Part shown: in pieces, positions 1 to 13,708 of the stretch | How positions within the stretch are numbered: the stretch's first letter is position 1 | Layout: each line of letters starts with the position of its first letter | Notes under the pieces: model-generated | Databases searched by the model: none | The model's input: the letters and a program-made list of their open reading frames with translations, nothing else | What the model was told of the DNA's origin: nothing | Origin: Chrysomallon squamiferum | Lineage: Eukaryota > Animalia > Mollusca | DNA: 64,000 nucleotides | Direction of reading: 5' to 3' | Assembly: GCA_012295275.1 (NCBI GenBank) | Contig: CM022665.1 | Span: 5,952,001 to 6,016,000 of the forward strand | Program-made: the position numbers and the translations under genes

Positions 1-1121
1 TTTCTTTTATCATTTGTCACGCATCACTTTACCAAACCTCACCAGTGAATTAGGAACACGTGTAATCAGAAACCAATCACGTAGAAACACATTGCTTTAA
101 ACAGTCTAAAAGATTTACCATTATCGCTACTCGGAAGACCATAATGTCTTAACACTGGCGAAACTTGTTTTAATTTGTGTTATAACAGTGACTGCACACG
201 TTCACAATTTGTTGCAGTTAAGACGCGATGATTAAATTATCTGTCACAAACAGTGGCTAATAGCACTTATTGTGTTTAATGCAGTAAAACGCTGTCCGCT
301 TGACAGTAAATGACATCGTGTTTCCCATTGTAAATTTTCGTCAGAAGCGGTACAGCTACGTCTCCAGTGAAAAGCCCCTAGGCTGTGATGTAACTGTTGG
401 TGCATTATGGGTGTACAGAACAAATTCGCTTAGGTCACGGTGACACTGTGAGACATTTTGTCCGAATAGATTTATGTTATTTTTTTTTTTTTTTTGTTAT
501 TTATTTATTCTCTCTAGATTATTCCATTTTAAAGGAAGTTGACGTGCAGTTTTAAATTATATCAGAGAGAGTGACAAAAGTCGTATATCGACAGGTTATA
601 TTCCATTTCTTAGAAAATTAAAGAACAGTTTGACTAATTTCGTTTTTTTTTTTTTTTTATTATTATTTTTTTATTTATTATTATTATTATTATTTTTTTT
701 TTCATATATAATGATGGTTTCAACGGTGTGGTTAATTATAAAATTAATGGGTATATCTAAAGAAAAAAAAAAAAAAAAGAGTATCTAGTTGGAGCATATG
801 CTTATCCAAAAATTGGGTCGCTGATGCAGAACAATTCGTTATCATATATTGTGTTAACTTCTAGAAGCGTTTTGGTTTCTCAGTTGTCATGTTTACGATA
901 GTATCCGGACAGGTGAGTTTTTCATTTAGTAAGTAAATAAACAAAGTAGTCAACGATCGTGTATTTTATTTGTTTTGACGTGAAAACCAGCACCAGAAAA
1001 TTACATTTCAAGTCCCAGTAAAGCACGACTGTCATCTTTCTTTCATAAGTTATTGACTTATTTTGTTAATTTAAAAAATAATAATAATAAAAAATAACAA
1101 ATAATAATAATAATAATCATA

Positions 1122-1154
<33 letters not shown>

Positions 1155-1157
1155 ATG

Positions 1158-1195
<38 letters not shown>

Positions 1196-1219
1196 AATTA
1201 ATTAAAAATTTAAAAATAC

Positions 1220-1221
<2 letters not shown>

Positions 1222-1310
<89 letters not shown>
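1222..1310. repeat. (CT)n microsatellite
   Basis: Perfect CT run, directly visible. Confidence 0.97.
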
Positions 1311-1314
<4 letters not shown>

Positions 1315-1684
1315 GTGTGTTCTCATTTTTTTATCTAACTGTATCTGCAAATGATGTTCCAGTGTATACATGTAGGCAGTTTCAGTTTACCGTTTACAAA
1401 AACAGATTACTATTTACTGATTAGAAAGTTCGGTTAGTCTTTCAACAACACTTGCCAATTCAGTGCTTACTGCACAGAATTAGATTTTTTTTATGTTGCA
1501 GTTACTGTGCAGATTCGGCAATATAACACTAAGAGAGGCATAAATAATACACAGACAAAGACATGAAAATATATTAGTTTTATTGCTTCTGTCTGTACAG
1601 CGTCGTGTGTTTTAGAGATTGGTTAACTGCAGTATATTATCACGTAGCAGTCAAATATCAGATATATATATATATATATTCCAA

Positions 1685-1825
1685 CCAGACAGGCAGGCAA
1701 ACAGACAGACAGACAGACATATTGACTGACTGATAGACAGAAACACAGACAGACAAACAGACAGGCAGGAAGACAGACAGACAGACAGACACTGATGTAG
1801 ACACTGACAGACTGACAGATAGACA
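1685..1825. repeat. Degenerate (ACAG)n microsatellite
   Basis: ACAG/ACTG/GCAG tetramers; explains the spurious ORF 1623..1826. Confidence 0.9.
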
Positions 1826-2246
1826 TATATACAGATAGGTACGTTTTTAAATTAAAAAAGTAATAATAATTTTCTGTATATTCAGTTTTGATTGTTATTG
1901 TTTTATTACTATTATTATTAGCTTTAACGATTATATTATGGAAGGCAATAAACAGAACTTTTAGATAAAAAGATACTTTACAAACAGCTGCTCCTTCTAA
2001 TCTTGTATCTATAAGCTTGTTAATGCGCTCAAATAGCTTTGGTATTTTGCCATGAAAGATAACTGCGTGTACAATAATACACTCTGTTTTTCTTTTATTT
2101 CATTTTATTTTGTTTTTAGAATTGTATATCTTTTCAAAAATTATTTTTCTTTAATTTTAATTATTACTTCCACCAAGGGATAATAATTTCTATTTTTTTT
2201 TGAAATTATGAAAGAGCTAGACATTTTAATTTTATTCAGATAATAA

Positions 2247-2277
<31 letters not shown>

Positions 2278-5200
2278 AGTATTTGAAATTCTTGGCGTTA
2301 ACTGAAGCTACACTTCATCCGCAAATTATTGTTTAGAACGAAAATAAAAGAATAAAGACGAATTCATCTCTTTCCAGTTTACGCTTGTACATAAGGTTTT
2401 GGTTGCCAGTGCATTCTACTGTAAAATATTAACAACAGAGTGCGTTGAGATTTGTAAGCTATGCATAAAACCTAACACCATTATCATACCGAAATGTCAA
2501 AATATTTATCAACAAAGGCTGTCTGTAAATTGGACTAGCGCCATGTCGCCAAACGATTTCTTGCCGCGGCACGCTGGAATCTGTCTGGGGGTTTGTTTGC
2601 GGCTTGTATAGGTATGATATGGGTCCCCCGTCTCAAGATCCCTCTCGGTAATTGGTCAGTGTTTAGAGATCCGGGAACCCCATTGTGTTGGGAAAACACG
2701 GACCTGCTGAGGAATCTGGATTTTAAAAATTGTTTACACCCTCCATTGTTTACATTGGTCAAGTGGTTTGCGTTTGTCAATCAAAAGTTGATTGGAAGCT
2801 AGCACTTGTTGAATTGTTGACGTTCGCTTCATTCTCCTCCTGTCGACATGGTACACACTGCTCAGACAAGTATTTTTACAATCTTGACTCTTAACAGTTT
2901 GAAAAACTGCCAATCACATCTTGAGAAGCCGCGCGAATTTTTTATTATTGTAATTTTTATTTTATTTTATTTTTTTTCATTTAGTTTTATGGGGTTTGTC
3001 GTTGATTAAACCGTTTGCGATTAAAATATTTCGATTACTGATTCTGTGTACGTACGTGTGTGTATGCGTATTTGTGTGTGACAAAGAAAAAGGAGAGAGG
3101 GTGTAGTTGTGCAAGTATAGATAGACAGATATAGATATAGATCTAATCATTACAAGCGTGCGTGCCTGTGTGTGGTGGATCTAAAATTGTAAAAAATAGA
3201 TCGTGATTATGTAACTAAATTAATTATAAAGAAGAAATAAAAGCGGTATGATTTTTCTTTTTTATCTTTTTTTTCTTTGTTGTTGATAGGTGCTCATAAA
3301 AAAGTAAAAACCACGTTTCATATCATATATCGACAAAAAGAAAAATCGATTATGTGTCTCCGTTATGTCATTTTACTTCAGCAAATTAATTTCGCTTAGT
3401 ATTTGCAGGGAAATGCTAGATTAATGTACAGTTATTGCATTTCTATGACTATTGATTACTAATTCTCCACATCGTGCTCACTATATTATTTTTATTTTTA
3501 CCTTTTTTATATTTTTTAAATGAATCTGCTTGAAATCATTATTTCAGTTACTAAGAGATTTTACTGATTCTGCTTTACGAGAATGGAGGTTTTAAGTCGG
3601 CAGCAATATTTTAATTATAATTTGACATTATTGATAAAATAAAAAATATATTATTCATTCGCCTTTATTTATTTTATTTTATTTTATTTTTTATTATTAG
3701 GTTGTTTATTATTTATTTATTTATACTGTTGCTACTGTTGATGTAATAGCATACTTTTTGTATTTAATTGTCTTCAAAGACTACGTCAGGTATTAAATTC
3801 TCCTCTATGTTTTATTTCATATTATTTATTTTATTAATTCATTTGTATTGCCCCAATACTGGTAGTTAGTTCTGTTTACAATGAAGCTTATTTTATCCGA
3901 AAAGTTTCGTATCCACATCAGTCTTTATTAATAATGCTTAAATATATATATAACACTTTCAGATATGGCGGTTAGTTTATCGTTTACATGAAGGTAGCGT
4001 GAAAAAAATTCAAAGAAATTAAGTTAAGGTAGTTTGACTAATTGAGTATCGCTGCAGGTTAAATCGTGTCACTGTAGTCGTCTTGCCTATTATCGTAGTC
4101 AACCACCTGCTTCCATACGTGTTCCCGGTTCGGTTTTCATCGTGGTGCTATCACACACATCCATTCTGTTTTTTCTTTTCTTTTTTTTTGATAACGGTCT
4201 TGCAGATGTGGCAGTCCAGCAGAAGTATAGCATCACTAATCGCAGTTAACCACTTCGTCCGTCCAGTGCTGATGTTGGCATACGCCTGCTGGTGATGACA
4301 GAGAACTTATTTTTGAATCAACTCTTTTCCTTAGAAACATATTTATATTGTGCACTGATAGTGTAGTGAAAAAATACCTGTGGGGGTAATTAAGAGCTTC
4401 GTGTGTTGGGTGATACCGTGCCAAATCTGCCATTGTAATCTGTTTTTCTGTTTTCCGCTGATCTCCAAGACAGACGGCGATGAAAAGGAATACCAGAACA
4501 AAAATCCCATGCGGTCTGGGCAATTAATTGGGATTTTTTTCCTTCTTGTATTCTGTTAAAAGGCCTGTGCTTTGATAAGATATATTAGAGGGCTCAGATA
4601 CAAGAGAAACAGTGGAATTATGTTACCACTGGTATTTCGGAAAGGGAAATTTGAGGAGTGCAGTCTTCTATACTAATCTCCAAAGATCATTAACTAAATG
4701 AGAAGTAACCTTCGGTTGACTCCTTCAGATTAGATGTATAACTTATGTAAACGAATCCATTCATTGTTAAACACGATCATTTTTGCAAGTTTCTTTTAAG
4801 AAGATTTATTAACCACTTGAAATTATTTTAAAATAAGTATTAAAAAAATAAAAAAATAAAAAATGTGTAAAGAAAGATAAAATTTAAAGTCGGTATAATC
4901 TTAAAAATTGGATTAGTACTGGAGATTGAGCTCTTCTCGTCCAAAGTGCCTGAGGCCAGAAATTGCAAGGAGTTCTGCATGTTATAATATTAGAAGGCTT
5001 ATCAAAGATAGATAAGAACTGTATTAATTTTGTATTTATATTTTATTAGTAATTTCTAAATGATCACAAGAAATATTTAAATAATAATAATTATAGTTAA
5101 TGATAATTTTAATAATAGAAAATAAAACAACAATAAAATCCATTTTTAATTATTCGCCCGGAGAATTATTATTTTTTAAATTATTATTTGTTTAGGAAAT

Positions 5201-6299
5201 TATTAGAGTATTTATATTTTTACAAATTACATATAGCAGTGTCAGTGGCCGAAAAATACTAATCCTTTAAAAGAGGGCTATTCGACGTCAAGATTTGTTA
5301 TCACAATTACGTAAGTGCATTACTTAGACGTCAATAAATATATCAGTGAGATAATGGTTTTATTATAAAGCTCTCCGCGTGGGCTAGTTAGTGGTTATCT
5401 GTCGTTGTTGTTTGAAAGCTCATTTCCTTTCAGCTTGTCGTCATAAAGGAGAGACATGGATTCTCTTGTTCACTTATCATCTAATTCATCAAATAGAACC
5501 TCACTCACTAAGAACTAGCAGTAGCTACATAGTTGAAATTTCAACCGTTGGTTGGTCTGATTCCCTTTCTCTTTATCGAGTAGCAGTACCTAGAATTAAT
5601 TACAGGCATAGTACTTTGTTGTAGCTCGATTTAAATGACTGTAAAAGAAGTGAATATATATTTTGAGATACTCGATGCTTAAGTTACTAAACTGCATGTG
5701 GATATTTTAAATAAATAAATAAATAAATAAGTTGTTCGTGAATACAGCTAAATGTGGCTAACAGATCTTACCACTATCTATCACTATATAATGCGTACTA
5801 ATTTTTTCTTTTTCTTTGCAGCTACCCACAGTATACTCGATAAATGTCTGGTTCAGTCAAGATGAGTAGTAGCAAAGCACGGAAACAAAAATTAATGTTA
5901 TTTTTTTCGCTATAAATGTTTTAATTTATATTGTATTAGGATTTTAAATTCATTATTATGTTTTCTCCTAACAAATGAAATTTTTTATAATTTTTTTATA
6001 ATGGTGATCATGAAAATATATACACTATTTTAGGCTGATGCAGTACAGAAACTTTGAAAAACCTTTTGTTAAAATTTGCAAATGTGTACGAATCCCATTA
6101 TATTGCGATTTTAATTGTTATGACGTTAAACATTTTTTATGGCTTCATTCACATAACATTCCGAAAAAGTATTATGATAAAGCAAAACATTCGATTGCAA
6201 AGGACGATCTTATTTCGATATCTGCTCATAATATAAATAAATTATAAATTCATTAATTTCTGTGGCTAAGTATTTATAAGTCATATTCAGTCATTCAGT

Positions 6300-6420
6300 G
6301 ATGACTGATCGGAGTCGACTGGTCTTTGGGCGGTTTTGTCCTGTCAGTGGCGCACGACTGGTACACCAAAAGCCGAGAAATGTGTTCTCTCGTCTGTGGG
6401 AAACCATATATAAAATAATG
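6300..6420 (+). mobile_element. Degenerate SINE core fragment (probably the same family)
   Basis: CAGTGGCGCACGACTGGTACACCAAAAGCCG...TGTGTTCTCTCGTCTGTGGGAAACCATATATAAAA follows the motif order of that SINE core; recognised from memory. Confidence 0.45.
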
Positions 6421-7042
6421 CTGGAACAAACTATACTTTTTTTTCTTTTTTTTTTTTTTTTTTTTGCAAAGAATAAGTTTCTAAAACGGACAAAACTAAT
6501 ACAACAACATTATCGTTACTAAAATAATAATTTAAACAATGAGATGATTTTGACATTTTATTTCTATAACCACAACGCTTCGAATTGCATAAGAATTCTA
6601 TATTTGAAAAAACGTTTTAACCTTTGTCAAAACTCATCTATTATCCCACCATCCCCGGTCTATAAATATATATACATACGATAACGTTAAACATACATTA
6701 AAAACGACAACAAAAGTTATTCGGAAGTTCATGTTGATATTGTTAATGTCATGACTATTTTTATCGTCTTTATACGCACTTCACCAGATATTAAACCTGA
6801 GATAGCGCGATCAGTAAAATTTATTAGTGTTTTTAATTTCCAGTTCGAGTCGTACATTTCTGCTGCAAGGGCAAGGTAAAAAGCTTCATAGCATGCAACT
6901 GTCATTTTCACTGTGGTTAGAAAGATTTCTGAACTGGAGACAGACTAACAAAAATCATTAAAATATGACATTTTGCAGATTCAAAAAGATAATTTGACCA
7001 TTTCAGTAATTTCAGAAGAGTCGTCATTCTGTTTTAAATTAA

Positions 7043-10000
7043 CTATGGGTCTGAGCTCCATTTGTACTTCGCAAACACCTTTGAAAATCGCGAACTCCCG
7101 TTCTTAAAACGTCTCTTTTTGCGGCTAAGTTTTTTGTTTTTGTGTCTTCGATGCCTCCGTTTTAGTCTTTTCTTCACTTTTTCCTTTTGTTTAATTCTCG
7201 ATTTGAATTTGTTCTTGTTAATGCCCTTTTTAGTCTTTTTCTTTCTCCTCCACTTCGTGTTTACTTCATTGGCTGAGGAACGGTCTACACATGCTCCTTT
7301 ATGTTTCAGCTTGATACGTTTGCCTGTATTACAGGCAGCGATTCTCATCGTACAGCGGGACGAGTAAGTATTGCCGTCGTTTCCGCACACTTCTCGTTTA
7401 TTACGTTTCCGGCATATGTACGGACTAGGACATGTGCAGAGTGGAAGTCCTTGAATGTTCTCCATACATACTTTGAATTTTGGACATTTAACTTGTTCAC
7501 AAGCTCCATCTGCAAAGAAAAACAAATTTCAAAAAACCATCACGATAGTTATCATTAGCTTTAAATCCTCTCGAGAGTGACCTTAAGTACCAAGTATAAT
7601 TTAAACAGCCCAAAATATATTTTATTTGACATACATTTAATGATGTGTGTGCATCTTAAAATACACGCAGCTCTATTCATTCCTTTCTTAAAATAGGTTG
7701 CTTTATATCGTATTTAAAAAAAAAAAAAAGTAATAATAATAAAAAAATTGGCTTTGCTGCTTGGGAAATTCACAGAAATTACACCATTCAAAGGATATCC
7801 AGACTCCTTCAACCATGATTGAATCAAAATGTTACAGTGTAGCATCAGATGCAAGATGTATTTTACGAGTCTCCAGAGCGAAAATGAAATTTAGGTTTTG
7901 TGCGTTGAAAACAATTTTATTATACTGATGATGAAACAAGATTATGAATTACTACGCTGTGTTTGATCAAATCGGGATTAAAAGAAATACTGACACTCAA
8001 GTTATATCTGATATAAATTATTCTTCATCAACAAATCTTTTTCAGACCTCGCAACAAACACGCTCAGACCAACTTCTGCAGTAATATGATGCAGAACCTA
8101 ACAGCTGATGTCGAAGAATGCAACATAAGGCTCTACGATCTATCGTCTAAATTTGATAAGGATCCGTCCGTTTAAGAATTTCTTTCAACTTATTACGAAC
8201 ATCCATGGGATTTTTTTTTTTATTTCGAAGTTTTAATAATAATTTTTGGCATGCTGGATAAAAAAAAAAAATCTATCAAAATATGTTCAGGAACAAAACA
8301 CGAAGTATATATTTCACACGTTTCTGTGTAAGGTAGATCTGCTGTTGGTATGTTTATGTGGGTACATATATATGTATAATGTATAAGGCTAAAATCAAAA
8401 CTCATAATTCACCAAGAATGTTTTTTTTAAAAATGAAAATGTATTCTTTTCTAAGATCAGTATTTTTAATTGAACGTAAGTTATTAATATTTCATAGACG
8501 ATAACGTGAATAGTTCTGAAAAAATTCTGCCACTAATTTCAAATACATATGCAAAGATAATGTATCAGTGTAAAGCAGAAGAAGAAAAAAAAACTGAAAA
8601 AAAAAAACTTTTCAATGAATCCGAGTGTGGGTGGTCGAGAACAAACCGCGTCAGAGCGTTTTCTCAGTTGGCTGAATGATTATCACTATGAGGCAATGGA
8701 TAATGCAGATGATGACGTGAGCTCATCTCTGCAAAACGACAGGAAATGCCGTCCCACAATCAATTCTGTTTTAATGTAACATATGTTTTATGCGAAGCAA
8801 GAACGCTGTGGTATGTAATTTCATTTCTAAGAAGTCTTAATGCCATAATAATTTTCGAACGTGAAAATCAAGTGCTTAGCCGGCGGCGAATTGCCAGGTA
8901 TTATTGTTCTACAATGACCTCCGGTGTACCGCGTTTCTCACCAGCTTTATATTTATGTTGACAGCACCAAAGTCAAGTTACGTCGAAAAAATATAAGGTA
9001 AATAGAATCATGGTGGGCCCAAATTCCACTCCTAAATTCAAGAAATCTTATTACAACTATAAATATTCAAATCGAAGAAACATTCCCGAGTCAAAATGAT
9101 TTAAAAAAAAAAAAAAAAAAAAAGTGTGGGGGGAGAAAGGGGGGAAAAAGAAAAAAGAATGAATGGTAATGACTTGTGGGTTTTAGAAAACTAAACAGCT
9201 CTGATCAAAATTTAAACTGCTCTAATTGAATACTGTCAGTGCGAATGTTAAAACAAAGAATCATGAAAGTGTATAGAATGTGGGAACCTGTTTGTAAAAC
9301 TTGTTATTCAATTGTAACCATGGGCTAGATTTTTTATATTTTTTAAATTAAATATAATGGCAATGCACAATAACTCAAAGCTATAGAATATAAACCCCAT
9401 CCAAAAAATACAATTTCTTGTGTGGAATTTTTCTTTTTACTGACGAATAAAGGCGGTGCGCTGAAAAAGAAATCGCAGCGAGGGATTTCCCACCATGCAC
9501 CCTTTAAATTGAGTATAAAAAGAAAGTAATCCCAACATTTGTCAGCACTTTAAATAATGTGACAGCCCGTCTCCCTTGTCGTCACCACCTTCTTTGTAGT
9601 AATTATCCTAATTTGTGAGGTCGCCGTGACCGACCACGTAAAGTTCAATAGTCATAACTGAATTCTCCACAGTAATTGTTTTATAATCACTTCTTTGGAA
9701 TCCAGTTAACAGGTTTATCAAAGCCAAAAAAAAAAAAAAAAAAAAAAAAAGTCGTTACAGAAAACAGCATCTACACCTTCATTTTGTCTAATATATTCCT
9801 ATTTTAAAGAACAGAAAACGGCATTGTGATGGTTTAATGACATTTCAGTTTATTTTTCTGTGACTTCTTCTGTAAAGATTTATTGCAAAACCATTGGCTA
9901 CTCGTCTTACTTGGGATCAAGAGATCTTGTACATTCAACTTCCCACTGATAAGAAAAATGATCATCAACATTCATTAGTAACACAATCCATATGAACCAG

Positions 10001-12670
10001 ATTTAAAAAATAAAAATAAAAAATATAATAAAATGTTTGAATAGAAACGCGGTAACCAGTATAAAGAGTATATATATAATATGAAATAAAAAAAAATAAA
10101 AGAAAAAGAAAGATATGCGAGGACTGCAAAGGTCAGTAAAATCAAACGTAACAGGAATTTTTATCATTGTAACTTAAGAGATTTTCTTTAATTTCAAAAG
10201 CGGCTTCGATAGTACCGAATATTTTAAACCGTATTAAGTAGATCTTGTTAGATTAGCTTTCATAGCGGATTCCTAAAATATTTAAAACTTTTAGAAAATA
10301 AACTTTAAAAATGCGAACAGTTAACAGCTGTATTTCAGCATCTTCCACATGTTGTGCACTTTAAGTACCGCATGCACGCTGTCGAGATAAGGGCAGTCGA
10401 GTTAACTTTCAATACAGCATTCCTCTGTCTTGTTAATCCATCTCTGGAGAAGTCTGTGTTTGATCTGTGTATAAAAACTACTCGTTTGAGAATTTCAAAC
10501 ATACCTCAAGTACGACACGTCGTTCAAGTGTGTCACCCGCGTCGTGTGCACTCGTATTTGTTTTCTTAAACGTCCGTGATTTCATTTAACATCAGCTGCG
10601 ACCAGGCACAAGTCGTAGATCTAGACGTCTCAGACTATTTACATGCAAATTTCCATCACTTCACTGAGTGAAGATTTCATACTCACCTCAGATTTCTCTC
10701 GTAAAGTAAATTTCTTTACACCTACTAGGACACTCGGTGGGTGGTTAGAGTGTTTTCAGGTCGAATCACACCTTACGGATAAAGCTGATTTTGTTGAAAA
10801 GCAGAACAAGACAAGATAACCATTGATAATGATCGTTCGCACGTTACCCAACAGATCTGAACTCTTAACATAAATAACTCACCTATAATAAAAGCGTAAC
10901 GAAAAGTTGTGGGGAGGGTATACTGTGAAATACCTATATTTGGATCTCTGAACGCTACCAACGATATACTTTTGAAGTTCTTGAAGACAAAATTATTTAA
11001 ATCATAACAAGTTAAATAAAACTAAACAAAGCATAAAATTAAACAAAACAATAAAATAAATGCTTCTAGACTAGATGTTAATCAATCGTATTTCTTTATA
11101 TATATATTTTTTTAAAAACAAATGTAGCTGGCTGCTACAATATGAAAGTAGCCCTCGAGGGCTTCAGAAACATACCAGGCAGCGAGTGTTGTGTACTGAC
11201 ACGTGTTGATGGATGTGTTTATTATTTGATTTCACAGATAACGATTTACACAAACAAGATCAGCACTGGGGCGGATTACGGCAGCTGTAAAACACACTAT
11301 ACATACGGATTACATAACACTAAACTCGTGTTGATCTCACGGTAAACAGCTAGTCGCGATTTGGTACCACGTAACATATGGGTTGTGAAAAACGAAGCAA
11401 CATATTTTCAGCAAGAAAAGGGCATCGCTGTAAAATATTTACTGTGCTGAAAAAAGAAGAAAAAAAAAACGACGCGGCAAAAGGGCACGATGACTGCAAA
11501 AGAGGAAGAAAGAAAATACTCGTTTGATCTGGCTGTGATTAGATAACGTAATCAGTTATAAATACATGCATTTCAATTATCTTCACGTCTACACATTTAG
11601 TCGATTGATCCAGTTTCACAGCAGTATACCTCTTGCTCGATTTACCAAATGCAATCTGTGGCATTCTCTTATCAGAAATAAACCTGCCCGCCACGTGCTA
11701 ACCACAGGCCTGAGTTCCAGGCACGTGCCACACCCGCACGTCCTTGCCGTATTAATATGATAATACGTAGTCACCACACCCAACACAATAGCATATTAAT
11801 GGAAATATTGGATACAGAATTAAATATGCTTTCTGGTGTTAGAACCATCGATCAGTAATTATCGGTATTTGCTTCAGAACACCCATGTGGTACACGGCAA
11901 CCACACACCGTTACCAGGTGTTAGCTGTGTGATTAACATTAGTTTAAAACGATTTTTAAAGATTTTATTTTGTTGGCCGTTTCTATATATTTCAGTAAAA
12001 AATTTCTCATTTGATATTGCATTTTCAGTATTTTTTTTTTTTTTTTTTTTGTTAAATTCTTCCCCCATATCTTCTAAGCAGTTTCTGGCTTCGAGTTTCA
12101 TTAAGATGATTCCGATTAGACTAGGACAAAAATCAGATACGAGAAACTATTTGGAAAGTTTATTCACGTTCTTGCGTCATCCAAGATCGATAAATAAAAA
12201 AAAAAAACATATCAAAATAGTGTATTCAGACGGTTCATCAATAAGAAACACCGAAGCTAACAATTCTATCTGATCTTTGGTGCTGCTTATCAGTCCCTCT
12301 TGCTGACAAGTTTCATCATATCATAATGAAGTTGTTCGTGGAAGGAAAACAAAATATTTAAATTAGCGGTAACCAACATATGCTAACAGAGTACTATAAT
12401 AAATATTCTGCATTTATACATGTAGCCTATTCAAATTATTTTATATATAAATATATTCTGCAGAGAAATGATCATGGACAATGTCCTAATTTTTCTACAA
12501 ATCTTGTCTTTTTACAAAGAGATTTCATGTAATTTAGCAGTGCCTTCCTATATATAAAAATCATAATTATCATATACGACTTCTATAAAATATAAATATA
12601 CACATTATGAAATATCTAATAGCTAAATATAATTTAGAAAGGAATGATAAAAATGCTGGTCTTATTTTTA

Positions 12671-12705
<35 letters not shown>

Positions 12706-13663
12706 TTTTTTTTTTTTTTTTTGGTCCTTATTGAGCAATATAAAAAATTAAGTTAAAAAAATACAAATGACAATTAAGTGACAGTTGAAGCGGGATTGTT
12801 TTACTGCGCTATTGTTAAACGATCATTTTGTCGTCAACTGCTACAAGTACTTGTTGTATTTTTGGCATTTGTCGACATGAGAAACAGTGGGATAGAATAC
12901 GATAAAAAGTAATATCTGTGCGTGTAAAATTACAAAAATGACGATTCGGGCGTAATAATAAGCGTGATTATGAAACGGTTTAATTGGCTACTGTGAATGT
13001 TCTGCATTAGCGAAAGCTCAAATGATTTGTTAAGAAGCCTTCGCTGGTTCACATGGTTTTAAACGAAATCGGCATGTTTCAAAGTAATTTATCTTGTTAA
13101 CAAAATCCTAAATGTAATAACAAACATGTAAATAACGCTTTCGTGTGACCTGCTTACAAGCTAACTGTCGTGACATGGCTTTACAGCAGCATTATGACAC
13201 CAGCAGAATTGCTAAAACTGGGTTTATGTTTATTTATGTCAAATGTTTAATATTCTCATATATATTATTTCTTAAAGCGGTTATTTTGCTTAAAACAAGA
13301 TATTTTGATAAAAGAGTCAACTGTATACATCTGCCCGAATATATGAAGACTGTAAATCTAGGAATAAAATAAAAACAATGTTAAATATACTGCAGTGTAG
13401 AAAAACCGATGTTAACAAATACAGTTATTCGAATACTCAAACCGAACTAATCAGTAATAAAGGGTATTTTTACAGGAAACCACGGCGTTCGATAAATTAG
13501 ATGTGGAGCACTGGCCGGAACGGGAAATGACAGATTGTAACAGAAAAGTTTTTTGTGAAAGCCAATTCTCTAACCAGTGAGCTACAACCCGTACCGTACA
13601 CGTTTACAGAGCACCAGACAATCTCCCCAAGATCTAAATTCATAATGATATTTATCTCGATGA

Positions 13664-13708
<45 letters not shown>

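Noticed and set aside
4236-4523. 95-aa minus ORF with a signal-peptide-like start (MPRPHGIFVLVFLFIAVCLG)
   Set aside because: The first codon is TTG directly after an in-frame TAA, not ATG. No splice acceptor feeds it and no domain is recognisable.
7062-7558. Plus-strand ORFs 7062..7367 and 7301..7558
   Set aside because: Antisense shadows of the follistatin/basic-tail exon.
10730-10775. tRNA-like A/B-box remnants (GGTGGTTAGAGTG...GGTCGAATC)
   Set aside because: Cannot fold into a cloverleaf; at most a decayed SINE head, too short to call.
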